Assembly (NCBI RefSeq): GCF_000011805.1
Contig: NC_006840.2
Length of the DNA: 32,000 bases
Origin: Aliivibrio fischeri ES114
Lineage (GTDB): Bacteria > Pseudomonadota > Gammaproteobacteria > Enterobacterales > Vibrionaceae
Reading direction: 5' to 3' (one strand)
A program made the translations under genes and the position numbers. Positions 1 to 8,610 of the stretch are shown one piece after another. The notes beneath the pieces were generated by a model, which saw only the letters and a program-made list of their open reading frames with translations, did not search any database and had not been told where the DNA came from. Within the stretch, counting starts at the first letter, position 1; each line of letters starts with the position of its first letter.

Positions 1-1
1 T

Positions 2-49
2 GCACCTGCAACAGGTCACTTCAAAGTAGAGTGGATTGTTCCAGAATAA
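2..49 (+). CDS. C-terminal end of an unidentified protein (reads ...APATGHFKVEWIVPE*), truncated by window edge
   Basis: Open frame from base 2 to TAA at 47-49; too short to assign. Confidence 0.35.
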   Translation, partial: APATGHFKVEWIVPE

Positions 50-266
50 AAAATAAGGGTTCAGGCCGGTCGCAAGCTCCCTCAAAGGATTCAGGAAAAG
101 CAGATAGCATTGCTCAGTTTTATCTCTTTCCTGAAACCTAGTAGACCTTGAAAAAGAAAAATTTGGTCGCATTTCATACATAGTAAATAAAAAGAATTAA
201 TACCAATGTTATAAATTAGATGAAGATAATTATTAGAATTGGTTAACACTTATTGGAGAGAAAGTA

Positions 267-1622
267 ATGACTACACATTTTGATTATATCTGTATTGGCG
301 GTGGTTCAGGCGGTATCGCATCAGCAAACCGTGCATCAATGTACGGTGCAAAAGTGGCACTGATCGAAGCTCAAGATCTTGGCGGTACGTGTGTAAACGT
401 AGGGTGTGTACCTAAAAAAGTAATGTGGCATGGCGCTCAAGTTGCTGAAGCCATTAATCTATACGCTGAAGATTACGGCTTTGATGTAGAGCTAAAAGAA
501 TTCAAATGGAACAAGATGATTGAAAGCCGCCAAGCTTACATTGGCCGCATTCATGAATCTTACGATCGCGTACTTGGTAATAACAAAGTAAACGTAATCA
601 AAGGCTTTGCTAAGTTTGTTGATGCAAAAACCGTTGAAGTAAACGGTGAGCACTACACAGCGGATCATATTCTTATTGCCGTTGGCGGTCGTCCAACAAT
701 TCCAAATATCCCTGGTGCAGAATACGGTATTGATTCAAACGGTTTCTTTGAACTGACTGAACAACCAAAACGCGTTGCGGTTATTGGTGCAGGTTACATT
801 GCAGTAGAAATCGCAGGCGTTCTTCATTCTCTAGGTACAGAAACTCACCTATTCTGCCGTAAAGAATCACCACTACGTAGCTTTGACCCAATGATCATCG
901 ATACGCTAGTTGAAGTAATGAATACCGAAGGCCCAACACTTCATACTCACTCGGTACCAAAAGAAGTAGTTAAAGAAGCAGACGGCAGCCTAACGCTTCA
1001 CCTAGAAAACGGTAATACACAAAACGTTGATACGCTAATTTGGGCTATCGGTCGTCACCCAGCAACGGATGCTATCAATCTTGATAAAACCGGTGTTGCA
1101 ACAAACGATCGCGGTTACATCAAAGTGGATGAATACCAAGAAACAAACGTGAAAGGCATCTACTGTGTTGGTGACATCATGGAAGGCGGTATTGAGCTGA
1201 CTCCTGTTGCGGTTAAAGCAGGTCGTCAACTTTCAGAGCGTCTATTTAATGGCAAAACCAATGCAAAAATGGACTACGATTTAGTTCCTACTGTTGTATT
1301 TAGCCACCCACCAATTGGTACGATTGGCTTAACAGAACAAGAAGCTGACGAACAATACGGCAAAGAGAACGTGAAAGTGTACACATCAGGCTTTACTGCA
1401 ATGTACACAGCAGTAACTAAGCACCGTCAACCTTGTAAGATGAAGCTAGTCTGTGCGGGCGAAGATGAAAAAGTTGTTGGCCTACACGGTATCGGTTTCA
1501 CGGTTGATGAAATGATCCAAGGTTTTGCAGTTGCAATGAAGATGGGCGCAACTAAGGCTGATTTCGATGCCGTTGTGGCTATTCACCCAACAGGTTCAGA
1601 AGAATTTGTAACGATGCGATAG
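267..1622 (+). CDS. gor: Glutathione-disulfide reductase
   Basis: 451 aa; FAD-binding [13 protein letters not shown], redox-active [13 protein letters not shown], second dinucleotide-binding [12 protein letters not shown]-terminal [44 protein letters not shown]. Confidence 0.97.
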   Translation: MTTHFDYICIGGGSGGIASANRASMYGAKVALIEAQDLGGTCVNVGCVPKKVMWHGAQVAEAINLYAEDYGFDVELKEFKWNKMIESRQAYIGRIHESYDRVLGNNKVNVIKGFAKFVDAKTVEVNGEHYTADHILIAVGGRPTIPNIPGAEYGIDSNGFFELTEQPKRVAVIGAGYIAVEIAGVLHSLGTETHLFCRKESPLRSFDPMIIDTLVEVMNTEGPTLHTHSVPKEVVKEADGSLTLHLENGNTQNVDTLIWAIGRHPATDAINLDKTGVATNDRGYIKVDEYQETNVKGIYCVGDIMEGGIELTPVAVKAGRQLSERLFNGKTNAKMDYDLVPTVVFSHPPIGTIGLTEQEADEQYGKENVKVYTSGFTAMYTAVTKHRQPCKMKLVCAGEDEKVVGLHGIGFTVDEMIQGFAVAMKMGATKADFDAVVAIHPTGSEEFVTMR

Positions 1623-1651
1623 TCTGATATTAGACTCTCTATTCTAACGAT

Positions 1652-1682
1652 AAAAAACGGGATAATAACTATCCCGTTTTTT
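1652..1682 (+). terminator. Rho-independent terminator downstream of gor
   Basis: AAAAAACGGGATA / TATCCCGTTTTTT inverted repeat with 5-nt loop. Confidence 0.9.
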
Positions 1683-1785
1683 ATTTTTACGAGATAGGTA
1701 ATAATTCTTATCACCCGATATATTCATAACATGTTAGTCTTCAGTTACTTTCATAAAAACATAAACTCAAGCAATAGGTATATAC

Positions 1786-2256
1786 ATGGCTCGCATTACT
1801 GCAGAAGAAAAAGAGCAGAAAAAGAATCAATACGATGCCCTCATATTTCAAATTTTTACAGAAGAAGGGTGGGATGCTGTTACTTATGATCGCCTAGCAA
1901 AAGAACTAGACATAGGTAAAAGCTCATTACAACGTTACTACCCTAGCAACCTATTTTTTGCCACAGCACTACAGGGAAAAGTTTTTCCTTTGGCTATACA
2001 GAAACTAGATCTAAGTTCTAAATCAGCATTTATTCAATCTTGGCTAACAGCCTACCATGATGAAAATGACCATATTTTTCATGAAGTCATTCGGATGTTA
2101 ATGGCCAATATCATGAATCACGGAGGCGCACCAGCCACTAAATCAGCGATTGGACGCTTAATTGCACTATTAGCGCAAACTCTCGGTGAAGATGACGCAA
2201 AAGATGCAGTAATTACAGCTCTCGGCTATACAATTTATTCATATATAGAACAATAA
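1786..2256 (+). CDS. TetR/AcrR family transcriptional regulator
   Basis: 156 aa; N-terminal HTH-like segment ALIFQIFTEEGWDAVTYDRLAKELDIGKSSLQRYYPSNLFFATAL. Confidence 0.85.
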   Translation: MARITAEEKEQKKNQYDALIFQIFTEEGWDAVTYDRLAKELDIGKSSLQRYYPSNLFFATALQGKVFPLAIQKLDLSSKSAFIQSWLTAYHDENDHIFHEVIRMLMANIMNHGGAPATKSAIGRLIALLAQTLGEDDAKDAVITALGYTIYSYIEQ

Positions 2257-2303
2257 CTTATAAGTTTAATTAAAATTAGTTTAATTTTTATGCGTACTAG
2301 TAC

Positions 2304-2331
2304 TTTACAGTGGAACGCAATACCCTATAAT
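2304..2331 (+). promoter_or_regulatory. Candidate sigma-70 promoter (TTTACA-16-TATAAT) upstream of the YadA-like gene
   Basis: TTTACA 2304-2309, TATAAT 2326-2331, 16-nt spacer. Confidence 0.55.
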
Positions 2332-2342
2332 GAGCCGCATAC

Positions 2343-2377
2343 AAAGCAAGGACGGAACAACGCCGACTTTGCTTTTT
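2343..2377 (+). terminator. Hairpin followed by T-rich tract; terminator of the TetR gene or leader attenuator
   Basis: AAAGCAAGGACGG (2343-2355) pairs with CCGACTTTGCTTT (2363-2375), with one A-A mismatch and one G-U, followed by TTATTT. Confidence 0.6.
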
Positions 2378-2426
2378 ATTTAAAACCAATGTGTACTAAT
2401 ACACAAAGATTTATAGGTATATAAAA

Positions 2427-3734
2427 ATGAAAAAGTCTATTCTAGCGTTATCAGTTCTTAGTGTTTTTTCTTTTGGTGCGACTGCTTCACCTGAATTAGG
2501 AAACGGACAGTTAGGTTTTACTGCTGAAGATAAAGTTGAGTTTGTTAATGCCAATACAAATATGAACCTTATTGTTCAGCGTTCTGCTGATGGCTCAGTA
2601 AAACTAATTGATGGTGGAACTGGTCAAATTTATACATATGCTCAAATTTTAGACATGACGGAAGAGGCTAGAAAAACAGTTAAAAATGCAGCTCCATCTT
2701 ACGATTTCAAAAATGGTGAAATGTTTGATGACGCAATAAAATCCCGAATGAATAATGACGATAAATATGAGTTTACTATCGAACAAAAAGTTTCTGCTAT
2801 TAATAAACTATCTACATCTAGCAACGAATTTTTTATTCAAGATGGAAAACTTTTTGTAAAATCGGGAAAAAATGGAGAAAGCAGAGAAGTTTCTCAAGAC
2901 GAAGTAAAACTTGCTAAACAGTTAATAGTAAAAGAAGCTCAAGAACGCTCAGAACCTATTGATGGAATTAATCCTCCAGCAACAGATTTACCAAATATTC
3001 CGGTAACCCGTGAAGAAGCAATTCAATATATTGTTGATGGTAACGTTCAAGTTAAGAATGCTAAAAACCTAGATAAAGCAGTAAAGTTTCGTATGAACAA
3101 TGAAGATAAATATGAATTCACTGCTGAACAAAAAGTTGCCGCTGTAAATAAGCTTACAGGTAATGATCGTTATAGCGTTCAAACGTCAGCTGATGGCTCA
3201 AAACATCTAATCGATAATGAAACGGGCCATGCTTATACTCCAGAACAAGCTGAATCAATGGCGAAAGAAGCTCGCACAAAAATTATTGCTGAAGCGCAAA
3301 AACGTGCGGAGACTACTCCTCCAGAAGGAAGCCTTCCGCCAGTAGAAAATCCAGAACAACCACCAGTAATTGAACCTGATAATGAAGCAGTAAAAAAAGC
3401 GGTACAAAACTTAGCATCACATGGATACTCTTCTCAAGCTAACATCGACACTAACGCAGCAAACATAGACGAGCTATTTAACATTACCGCTGATTTACGT
3501 GAAGATTTAGAATTACAAGGTGCTCGTAACATGGCGGCAATATCTGCTCGTGCATTTACGACTGAAGAGGGTGAGTTTTCTGTAGGTGTTGGCCTTGGTG
3601 GTTCTGGTTCAGAGAACGCAATGGCAATTGGTGGTGCATACCAAATCAATGCTAACTGGTCAGTAAACACAACAATCGCATTCGATACAGGTTCAAATGC
3701 TGATTACGGTGTTGGTGCTCACTACTCTTGGTAA
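2427..3734 (+). CDS. Surface-exposed protein with YadA-like C-terminal membrane anchor (trimeric autotransporter-like)
   Basis: 435 aa; signal peptide, internal repeats with RMNN(D/E)DKYEFT.EQKV, coiled-coil-like NIDTNAANIDELFNITADLREDLE, anchor ARNMAAISARAFTTEEGEFSVGVGLGG...YGVGAHYSW. Confidence 0.85.
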   Translation: MKKSILALSVLSVFSFGATASPELGNGQLGFTAEDKVEFVNANTNMNLIVQRSADGSVKLIDGGTGQIYTYAQILDMTEEARKTVKNAAPSYDFKNGEMFDDAIKSRMNNDDKYEFTIEQKVSAINKLSTSSNEFFIQDGKLFVKSGKNGESREVSQDEVKLAKQLIVKEAQERSEPIDGINPPATDLPNIPVTREEAIQYIVDGNVQVKNAKNLDKAVKFRMNNEDKYEFTAEQKVAAVNKLTGNDRYSVQTSADGSKHLIDNETGHAYTPEQAESMAKEARTKIIAEAQKRAETTPPEGSLPPVENPEQPPVIEPDNEAVKKAVQNLASHGYSSQANIDTNAANIDELFNITADLREDLELQGARNMAAISARAFTTEEGEFSVGVGLGGSGSENAMAIGGAYQINANWSVNTTIAFDTGSNADYGVGAHYSW

Positions 3735-3800
3735 TCAAATACCTATAAAACTTTTTGTTTTAGCCCCAAACCGTAAGGTAAGGGGTTTTTTTATAGATAA

Positions 3801-3834
3801 AAAAACGCCGCCAATTAACCTTGGCGGCGTTTTT
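3801..3834. terminator. Bidirectional intrinsic terminator between the YadA-like gene (+) and the scs operon (-)
   Basis: AAAAACGCCGCCAA - 6 nt - TTGGCGGCGTTTTT, perfect 14-bp stem between convergent genes. Confidence 0.92.
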
Positions 3835-3877
3835 GTTTTATTGAATCATGTTTAACTCAATTAAGCAGTTAGTGACA

Positions 3878-4606
3878 TTACTTACCCGATTTTTCTGCGA
3901 TTTTAGCTTCAACCATAGGTGCTAACTTTTCATAAGGTAAATAGCCCGGAAGAAGTTGGCCATCAATCAACATAGCAGGGGTTCCTCGCACGCCTAAATC
4001 CGTAAATAATTGGTAGTTCTTCGCTACCATATCTTGAACTTCGTCATTCGTTGATACGTACTTTTCAGCATCATTCGCTTTTGCGACCTTCATAATAGAG
4101 CGCGTATTATGAATTCCCGGTTTACTTAATAAGGTTTCACTGATCTTATTAAATTTGTCTGGGCTTTCCTTCCACACTCTTAATGCAAAGGTTGCCGAGT
4201 TAGCCGGATTTGAACCCTCTTTAAGTGGTACATAAATGTTTATCACTTTAAGATCATCAGGGTGCTCTTCGACCAACTTCATTAATACTGGGTCTAATTT
4301 TTTACACCAAGGGCAACTTAAATCCGTTAATACAACAATAGTTAATTTAGGATCTTTCGCACCAAACCACGGTAGATTTGGGTTGTTGTACATATAATCA
4401 TGATAATCTGCCAACGTTTTTTCATACTTACCCTGTTGAGCAATATACATAGCCAAGCTCTCATGAAGGCTATCAATAATAGTAGGGTTGTCTTTAAGCA
4501 TTTTATTAATATCTTCCACTTTCTCCGATTGAGTCATTGCAGAAGCAAGAGGAGAAAATAAACATGCCATTACCAGTGTTGTGATTAATTTCGTTTTAAA
4601 TTTCAT
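3878..4606 (-). CDS. Periplasmic DsbA/DsbC-type thioredoxin-fold protein, ScsC-like
   Basis: 242 aa; signal peptide, TDLSCPWCKKL active site (CPWC), cis-Pro region VRGTPAMLIDGQLLPGY; located in an ScsB/ScsD-like cluster. Confidence 0.88.
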   Translation of the reverse strand: MKFKTKLITTLVMACLFSPLASAMTQSEKVEDINKMLKDNPTIIDSLHESLAMYIAQQGKYEKTLADYHDYMYNNPNLPWFGAKDPKLTIVVLTDLSCPWCKKLDPVLMKLVEEHPDDLKVINIYVPLKEGSNPANSATFALRVWKESPDKFNKISETLLSKPGIHNTRSIMKVAKANDAEKYVSTNDEVQDMVAKNYQLFTDLGVRGTPAMLIDGQLLPGYLPYEKLAPMVEAKIAEKSGK

Positions 4607-4630
4607 TTTTTATTGTCCGTATATATTCGT

Positions 4631-5134
4631 TTAGATAAGCCATAAGCGAGCAAGTAATCCCATCGGAGTTGTTATCCCCGTGGTGATGTTTTTTATCTCA
4701 CCTTTATCAATAATGACGATGGTTGGGGTCACTTGAATGCCCCATTTTCTTGAAATATCGCCACGCGTATCATTCATATTTTTAAAAGTGTAATCGTGAG
4801 ATCTCATATAACCAGAGACTCTTCTGTCCTCTCCAGAACTCGTACTAACACCAACAACTTGATAAGTATCGCTGAACCAATTAATGGTTGGCGTCACGAA
4901 TCGACACGCTGCACACCACGTCGCCCAGAAATACACCACCACCGGCTTTTCTTGGCTCATAGCGATAACATCAATCGCTTCGCCTGTTGTACTTATTCCA
5001 ACAAGAGCAGGGGCAGTATTCGCTGGCATATCTTTAGTTCTCCACGCATCAACAGTAAAACTAAAAATAATGATCACCAGAAGGTAAATCAGTGTCTCTT
5101 TACCCCAGCGCTTCATTTTTTGTCTTTTCCCCAT
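4631..5134 (-). CDS. Membrane-anchored thioredoxin-like protein, ScsD-like
   Basis: 167 aa; N-terminal TM, YFWATWCAACRFVTPTI (WCAAC), GIQVTPTIVIIDKGEI. Overlaps the upstream stop codon (TAATG). Confidence 0.88.
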   Translation of the reverse strand: MGKRQKMKRWGKETLIYLLVIIIFSFTVDAWRTKDMPANTAPALVGISTTGEAIDVIAMSQEKPVVVYFWATWCAACRFVTPTINWFSDTYQVVGVSTSSGEDRRVSGYMRSHDYTFKNMNDTRGDISRKWGIQVTPTIVIIDKGEIKNITTGITTPMGLLARLWLI

Positions 5135-7230
5135 TACGGTTTATTTCCTGCTTTTTTAATCGCATCCATAACGACTTTTTCATTCAAAATAACCGGAAGT
5201 TCGATGCCGTTTGGCGCACTTGGGCCATAAACCACATTAAATGGCACTCCAAATCGTCCATGTTCTTGTAAGTAAGAGGTGATTTTTTCACTCGGAACCG
5301 TCCAGTCTCCCTGCATAGGTACAACATTGGCGCTGTTTAACTCGCTATAAACCGGCTCTTGAAGCAACACACCAATTTTGTTTGCCTTACAGGTCACACA
5401 CCAATCAGCGGTAACATCAACAAAGACCACTTTTCCTTCATCTACATATTGCTGAATAGATTCACTCGATAACGGAACCCATTTAGGCTCTTCAGGCAGT
5501 AGATCAGTTGACGTCATGCTGTCTATCACGGTGCCAAAGCCAAATGCGATAGCAAATAAGATACTTAACCAGCCTGCCGCTTTCTTACTATGAACTTGAA
5601 CGGTTCGCAGCAAGATTACGCCACCCGCAATTGCTGCAATGACATAAATCCAAAACTCTGATAGATGGTTAGAGAGTAAGTTCAGCAACCAAATGCTAGT
5701 AATAAGCATCATTGCACCAAAGAGATACTTAACCTTACTCATCCATGGGCCGGGTTTAGGTAATGAAAGAGCAATGGATGGGAAGAGGGCAACCAATATC
5801 CATGGCAGAGCCATACCAAGCGCTAACGCAGTAAAAATGCCGTACATGGTTGGGATGTTTGTAGCTAAAGCAAAAGCAACCGCAGTACCTAAGAAAGGGG
5901 CGGAGCAAGGGGTAGAAAGTAAGGTGGCAAACATACCTTGAATAAAATGACCAAAGTACGAATTGTTTCCTTTTGATGCGATCCAAGTGTTGGTATTTGA
6001 GGATAATCGAATTTCAAACAAGCTCAGCATATTGGCACCAAACAATGCCGTAATAAGCGTCATGACTCCAATAAACCACGCACTCTGAAATTGAATGCCC
6101 CATCCAATTGCATTGCCTGATAACTTAAGTACCACTAAGAACGAAGCCAGAAGCCAAAAAGAAAAAACAATCCCACTTGCAGAGGCTAAAAACTGCAATT
6201 TAATCTGTTTCTTCTCAAGACCTTGAGCTGAAATAACACTGCTTAACTTCATTCCCAATACAGGGAAAACACAAGGCATTACGTTTAGAATCAAGCCACC
6301 AAATAAAGCAAATAAGATCATTTTCAAAATAGACTGCAATCCATTGCTGCTTGTGATTACCCCATCACTAATGCTTGCTGGTTGCTCTGCTATAAACTCA
6401 CTGTCTTTTAAAGTAACACTGATATTTTCACCAGTTAAATCCGGCGTTCCCATCCAACTGCTTACATCAAATGTTGCGGTAATATTGTTACCATCTACAT
6501 CGATCTTTGGACGAGAAAAATTAGCGTCTTGCATTTCATCTGACGGACCATCTACTAAAACATCAGGCGTTATCCATCCCATTTTTTTGCTTGCTGTCAC
6601 CTGAAGCTGCATTTTTGTGGCATCCCACACTGCTTTTACATCACTGAGCAGTGCAGACTCTTTTGGAACCTGACTTAACCCTTGGGCGTAAACGTGCATC
6701 GCTTCTTTAGAAAGCGTTAAATCAGCAGGAGTGAATGTAAGTTCAAATGGGTAGTCAGTCAGAACACAAATAGTGGTGCAAGATGACAAAGTGAGATCAG
6801 CCTTAAAGGTAACCGGCTTATTGAGATCATCAATATGAAGTGTCATAGGGAAAATCACACTTCCCTTATACCCTAAGGTTTCAATACCAAGTAGATCGAA
6901 GCGTTTCGGATATGGCCAATACCAATCGATACTGCGAATATTTTGAGAATCCTCCCAAGTCATGCTCGGGGCAATACCACCTTCTCCTGGGCTTCTCCAA
7001 TACGTTTTCCAATCACCCGCTAAGCGAACCTCTAAGAATCCAGCAACGGTTTGATCGACTTTATTGATTTGCCCAGTAAGAACAAAACGAGTTTCAATCG
7101 GAGTGTGGTTTGAATTTTTAAGCCACCCAGTATGTGGGGTTTCGGCTTGAGCAACGGATATAAATACGCTGCACAACATCGCAAATAGCCCAAATAGGAC
7201 CATACGTGTTGTGATTACTGATTTTTGCAT
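5134..7230 (-). CDS. DsbD-family thiol:disulfide interchange protein, ScsB-like
   Basis: 698 aa; long periplasmic N-terminal domain, TM domain with NVMPCVFPVLGMKL and LSTPCSAPFLG, C-terminal thioredoxin domain VDVTADWCVTCKANK. Confidence 0.92.
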   Translation of the reverse strand: MQKSVITTRMVLFGLFAMLCSVFISVAQAETPHTGWLKNSNHTPIETRFVLTGQINKVDQTVAGFLEVRLAGDWKTYWRSPGEGGIAPSMTWEDSQNIRSIDWYWPYPKRFDLLGIETLGYKGSVIFPMTLHIDDLNKPVTFKADLTLSSCTTICVLTDYPFELTFTPADLTLSKEAMHVYAQGLSQVPKESALLSDVKAVWDATKMQLQVTASKKMGWITPDVLVDGPSDEMQDANFSRPKIDVDGNNITATFDVSSWMGTPDLTGENISVTLKDSEFIAEQPASISDGVITSSNGLQSILKMILFALFGGLILNVMPCVFPVLGMKLSSVISAQGLEKKQIKLQFLASASGIVFSFWLLASFLVVLKLSGNAIGWGIQFQSAWFIGVMTLITALFGANMLSLFEIRLSSNTNTWIASKGNNSYFGHFIQGMFATLLSTPCSAPFLGTAVAFALATNIPTMYGIFTALALGMALPWILVALFPSIALSLPKPGPWMSKVKYLFGAMMLITSIWLLNLLSNHLSEFWIYVIAAIAGGVILLRTVQVHSKKAAGWLSILFAIAFGFGTVIDSMTSTDLLPEEPKWVPLSSESIQQYVDEGKVVFVDVTADWCVTCKANKIGVLLQEPVYSELNSANVVPMQGDWTVPSEKITSYLQEHGRFGVPFNVVYGPSAPNGIELPVILNEKVVMDAIKKAGNKP

Positions 7231-7286
7231 CTGTGTTTCCTTTAAAAAATAAATATACGTCGAATGTTGTTAAAACATTCGATTAC

Positions 7287-7673
7287 TTATTCTCTAAAAA
7301 CACACAACTTGAGGTGAACCCGCCTTCCTTTATGAAGAATAGGCTCGGTAAATGAAGAGGTATAGCTGAATGATAAACACAACCCAATAACGAGAAGAAC
7401 CGTGAATATCTGAACAATAAGCGCATGATCGCCAACTTGATGTTGTTCGAAATGGATTAAATGTTCCGATAACTCACACTTATCACCTAATCCATTTTTG
7501 TCTTGCTGTGTTTCCGATACTTGTTGCACAGTATCAGATACTGAACTATCCAACGGTAAAGAACACGAACTCAATAAACCAATATTATTTGCCGCACAGA
7601 CAAAGATAACCCAACACACAAGAATGAGGGGCCATCTAAAAAAATCATGTCTGTAAAATGCAGATTTCATCAA
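7287..7673 (-). CDS. Small membrane protein of unknown function heading the scs-like operon
   Basis: 128 aa; two hydrophobic segments (WPLILVCWVIFVCAA and VQIFTVLLVIGLCLSF), 57 nt upstream of scsB-like on the same strand. Confidence 0.65.
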   Translation of the reverse strand: MMKSAFYRHDFFRWPLILVCWVIFVCAANNIGLLSSCSLPLDSSVSDTVQQVSETQQDKNGLGDKCELSEHLIHFEQHQVGDHALIVQIFTVLLVIGLCLSFSYTSSFTEPILHKGRRVHLKLCVFRE

Positions 7674-7754
7674 CTGGTTAACTACAAGAATAAGGAACGA
7701 GTGCAGTTAGGACACACGCTCCTTTAAATAGTTTCCTAGTTTACATATTTAAAT

Positions 7755-8351
7755 TTAATGAGCGTGGTTATGATGATGGTGATGACCACAACCACATGTT
7801 GGTGCTGCAACCACGCTTTGTAATGGATGGAATTCCATTTTTTCTTGCAGTGCTTCAGGTGTTAATGAATTTAATAGGTGCATATTCTCGACATTTACCA
7901 CATTAACATCACCTAATTCACGTTGTGTTTTTGCTACTTCAATAAACTGACAACTTAACGCTTCAGGTAACGTAAATTCACGAATTGCACACAATAAATT
8001 GGTTGCTGTATCTACCGCAATCATAGAAACAGATAAGGTGTTATCTTCAGAAAGTGAGAAATATTCATCTGGAATTGCTGATGAATTAAATTGCATTTCA
8101 AAAGCTAAATCACCAAAAATAACAACAAGTAGGCAACCACCTTTTTCTGATGATACTAAACCTAATTGAGCACCGCTTTGACCTAATAGTGTTTGTTCAT
8201 CAGCGGTAATATTGCTAAGTCCAACATACAGTAAATTAGGTAAATCATTACGAAATAGTTCAAGCATCGCACCGTCACCCTCTTGAAACGGGTGGTTTTC
8301 AAACGTTTGTCCAACTTGAAATTGTGGAGTGTTGTGTTCAGCCATAATCAT
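7755..8351 (-). CDS. Conserved hypothetical cytoplasmic protein with Cys/His-rich C-terminus (CGCGHHHHHNHAH)
   Basis: 198 aa ORF without signal peptide; His-rich tail read directly. Start may be 8351 or 8345. Confidence 0.75.
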   Translation of the reverse strand: MIMAEHNTPQFQVGQTFENHPFQEGDGAMLELFRNDLPNLLYVGLSNITADEQTLLGQSGAQLGLVSSEKGGCLLVVIFGDLAFEMQFNSSAIPDEYFSLSEDNTLSVSMIAVDTATNLLCAIREFTLPEALSCQFIEVAKTQRELGDVNVVNVENMHLLNSLTPEALQEKMEFHPLQSVVAAPTCGCGHHHHHNHAH

Positions 8352-8610
8352 TACCTTCTTAATCTGTATCTCAATTTATACCGCTAAGTGTAATCCTTAT
8401 TTGAAAAATAACTATCCTAGTAAAAAGCAAATCACTATTACTTATTTGTAATAATAACCGTGACAAATAATTTATTATTAAGAATATCAATAATCATCAT
8501 CTACAGAGATCAAGAATTTTATTCAAATCTTCTTAAAAACGAGAAAATTCATTCACATTTTGAATATTAACTTATACAGTACGCACAAATTATTTTTATA
8601 AATTAACATC

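Noticed and set aside
1035-1229. Short antisense ORF inside gor, and similar ones at 3434-3670, 5693-5941, 6344-6604, 10k-14k, 14836-15996, 18133-18342, 19110-19595, 29607-29834 and 30809-31057
   Set aside because: All are on the opposite strand or in an alternative frame of convincing genes, with no domain-like sequence.
2742-3158. Possible CRISPR or tandem DNA repeat in the YadA-like gene
   Set aside because: The similarity is in-frame protein repetition with divergent DNA and irregular spacing, without spacers.
4796-5230. 144-aa plus-strand ORF inside scs genes
   Set aside because: Antisense shadow ORF over well-supported ScsD/ScsB-like genes.
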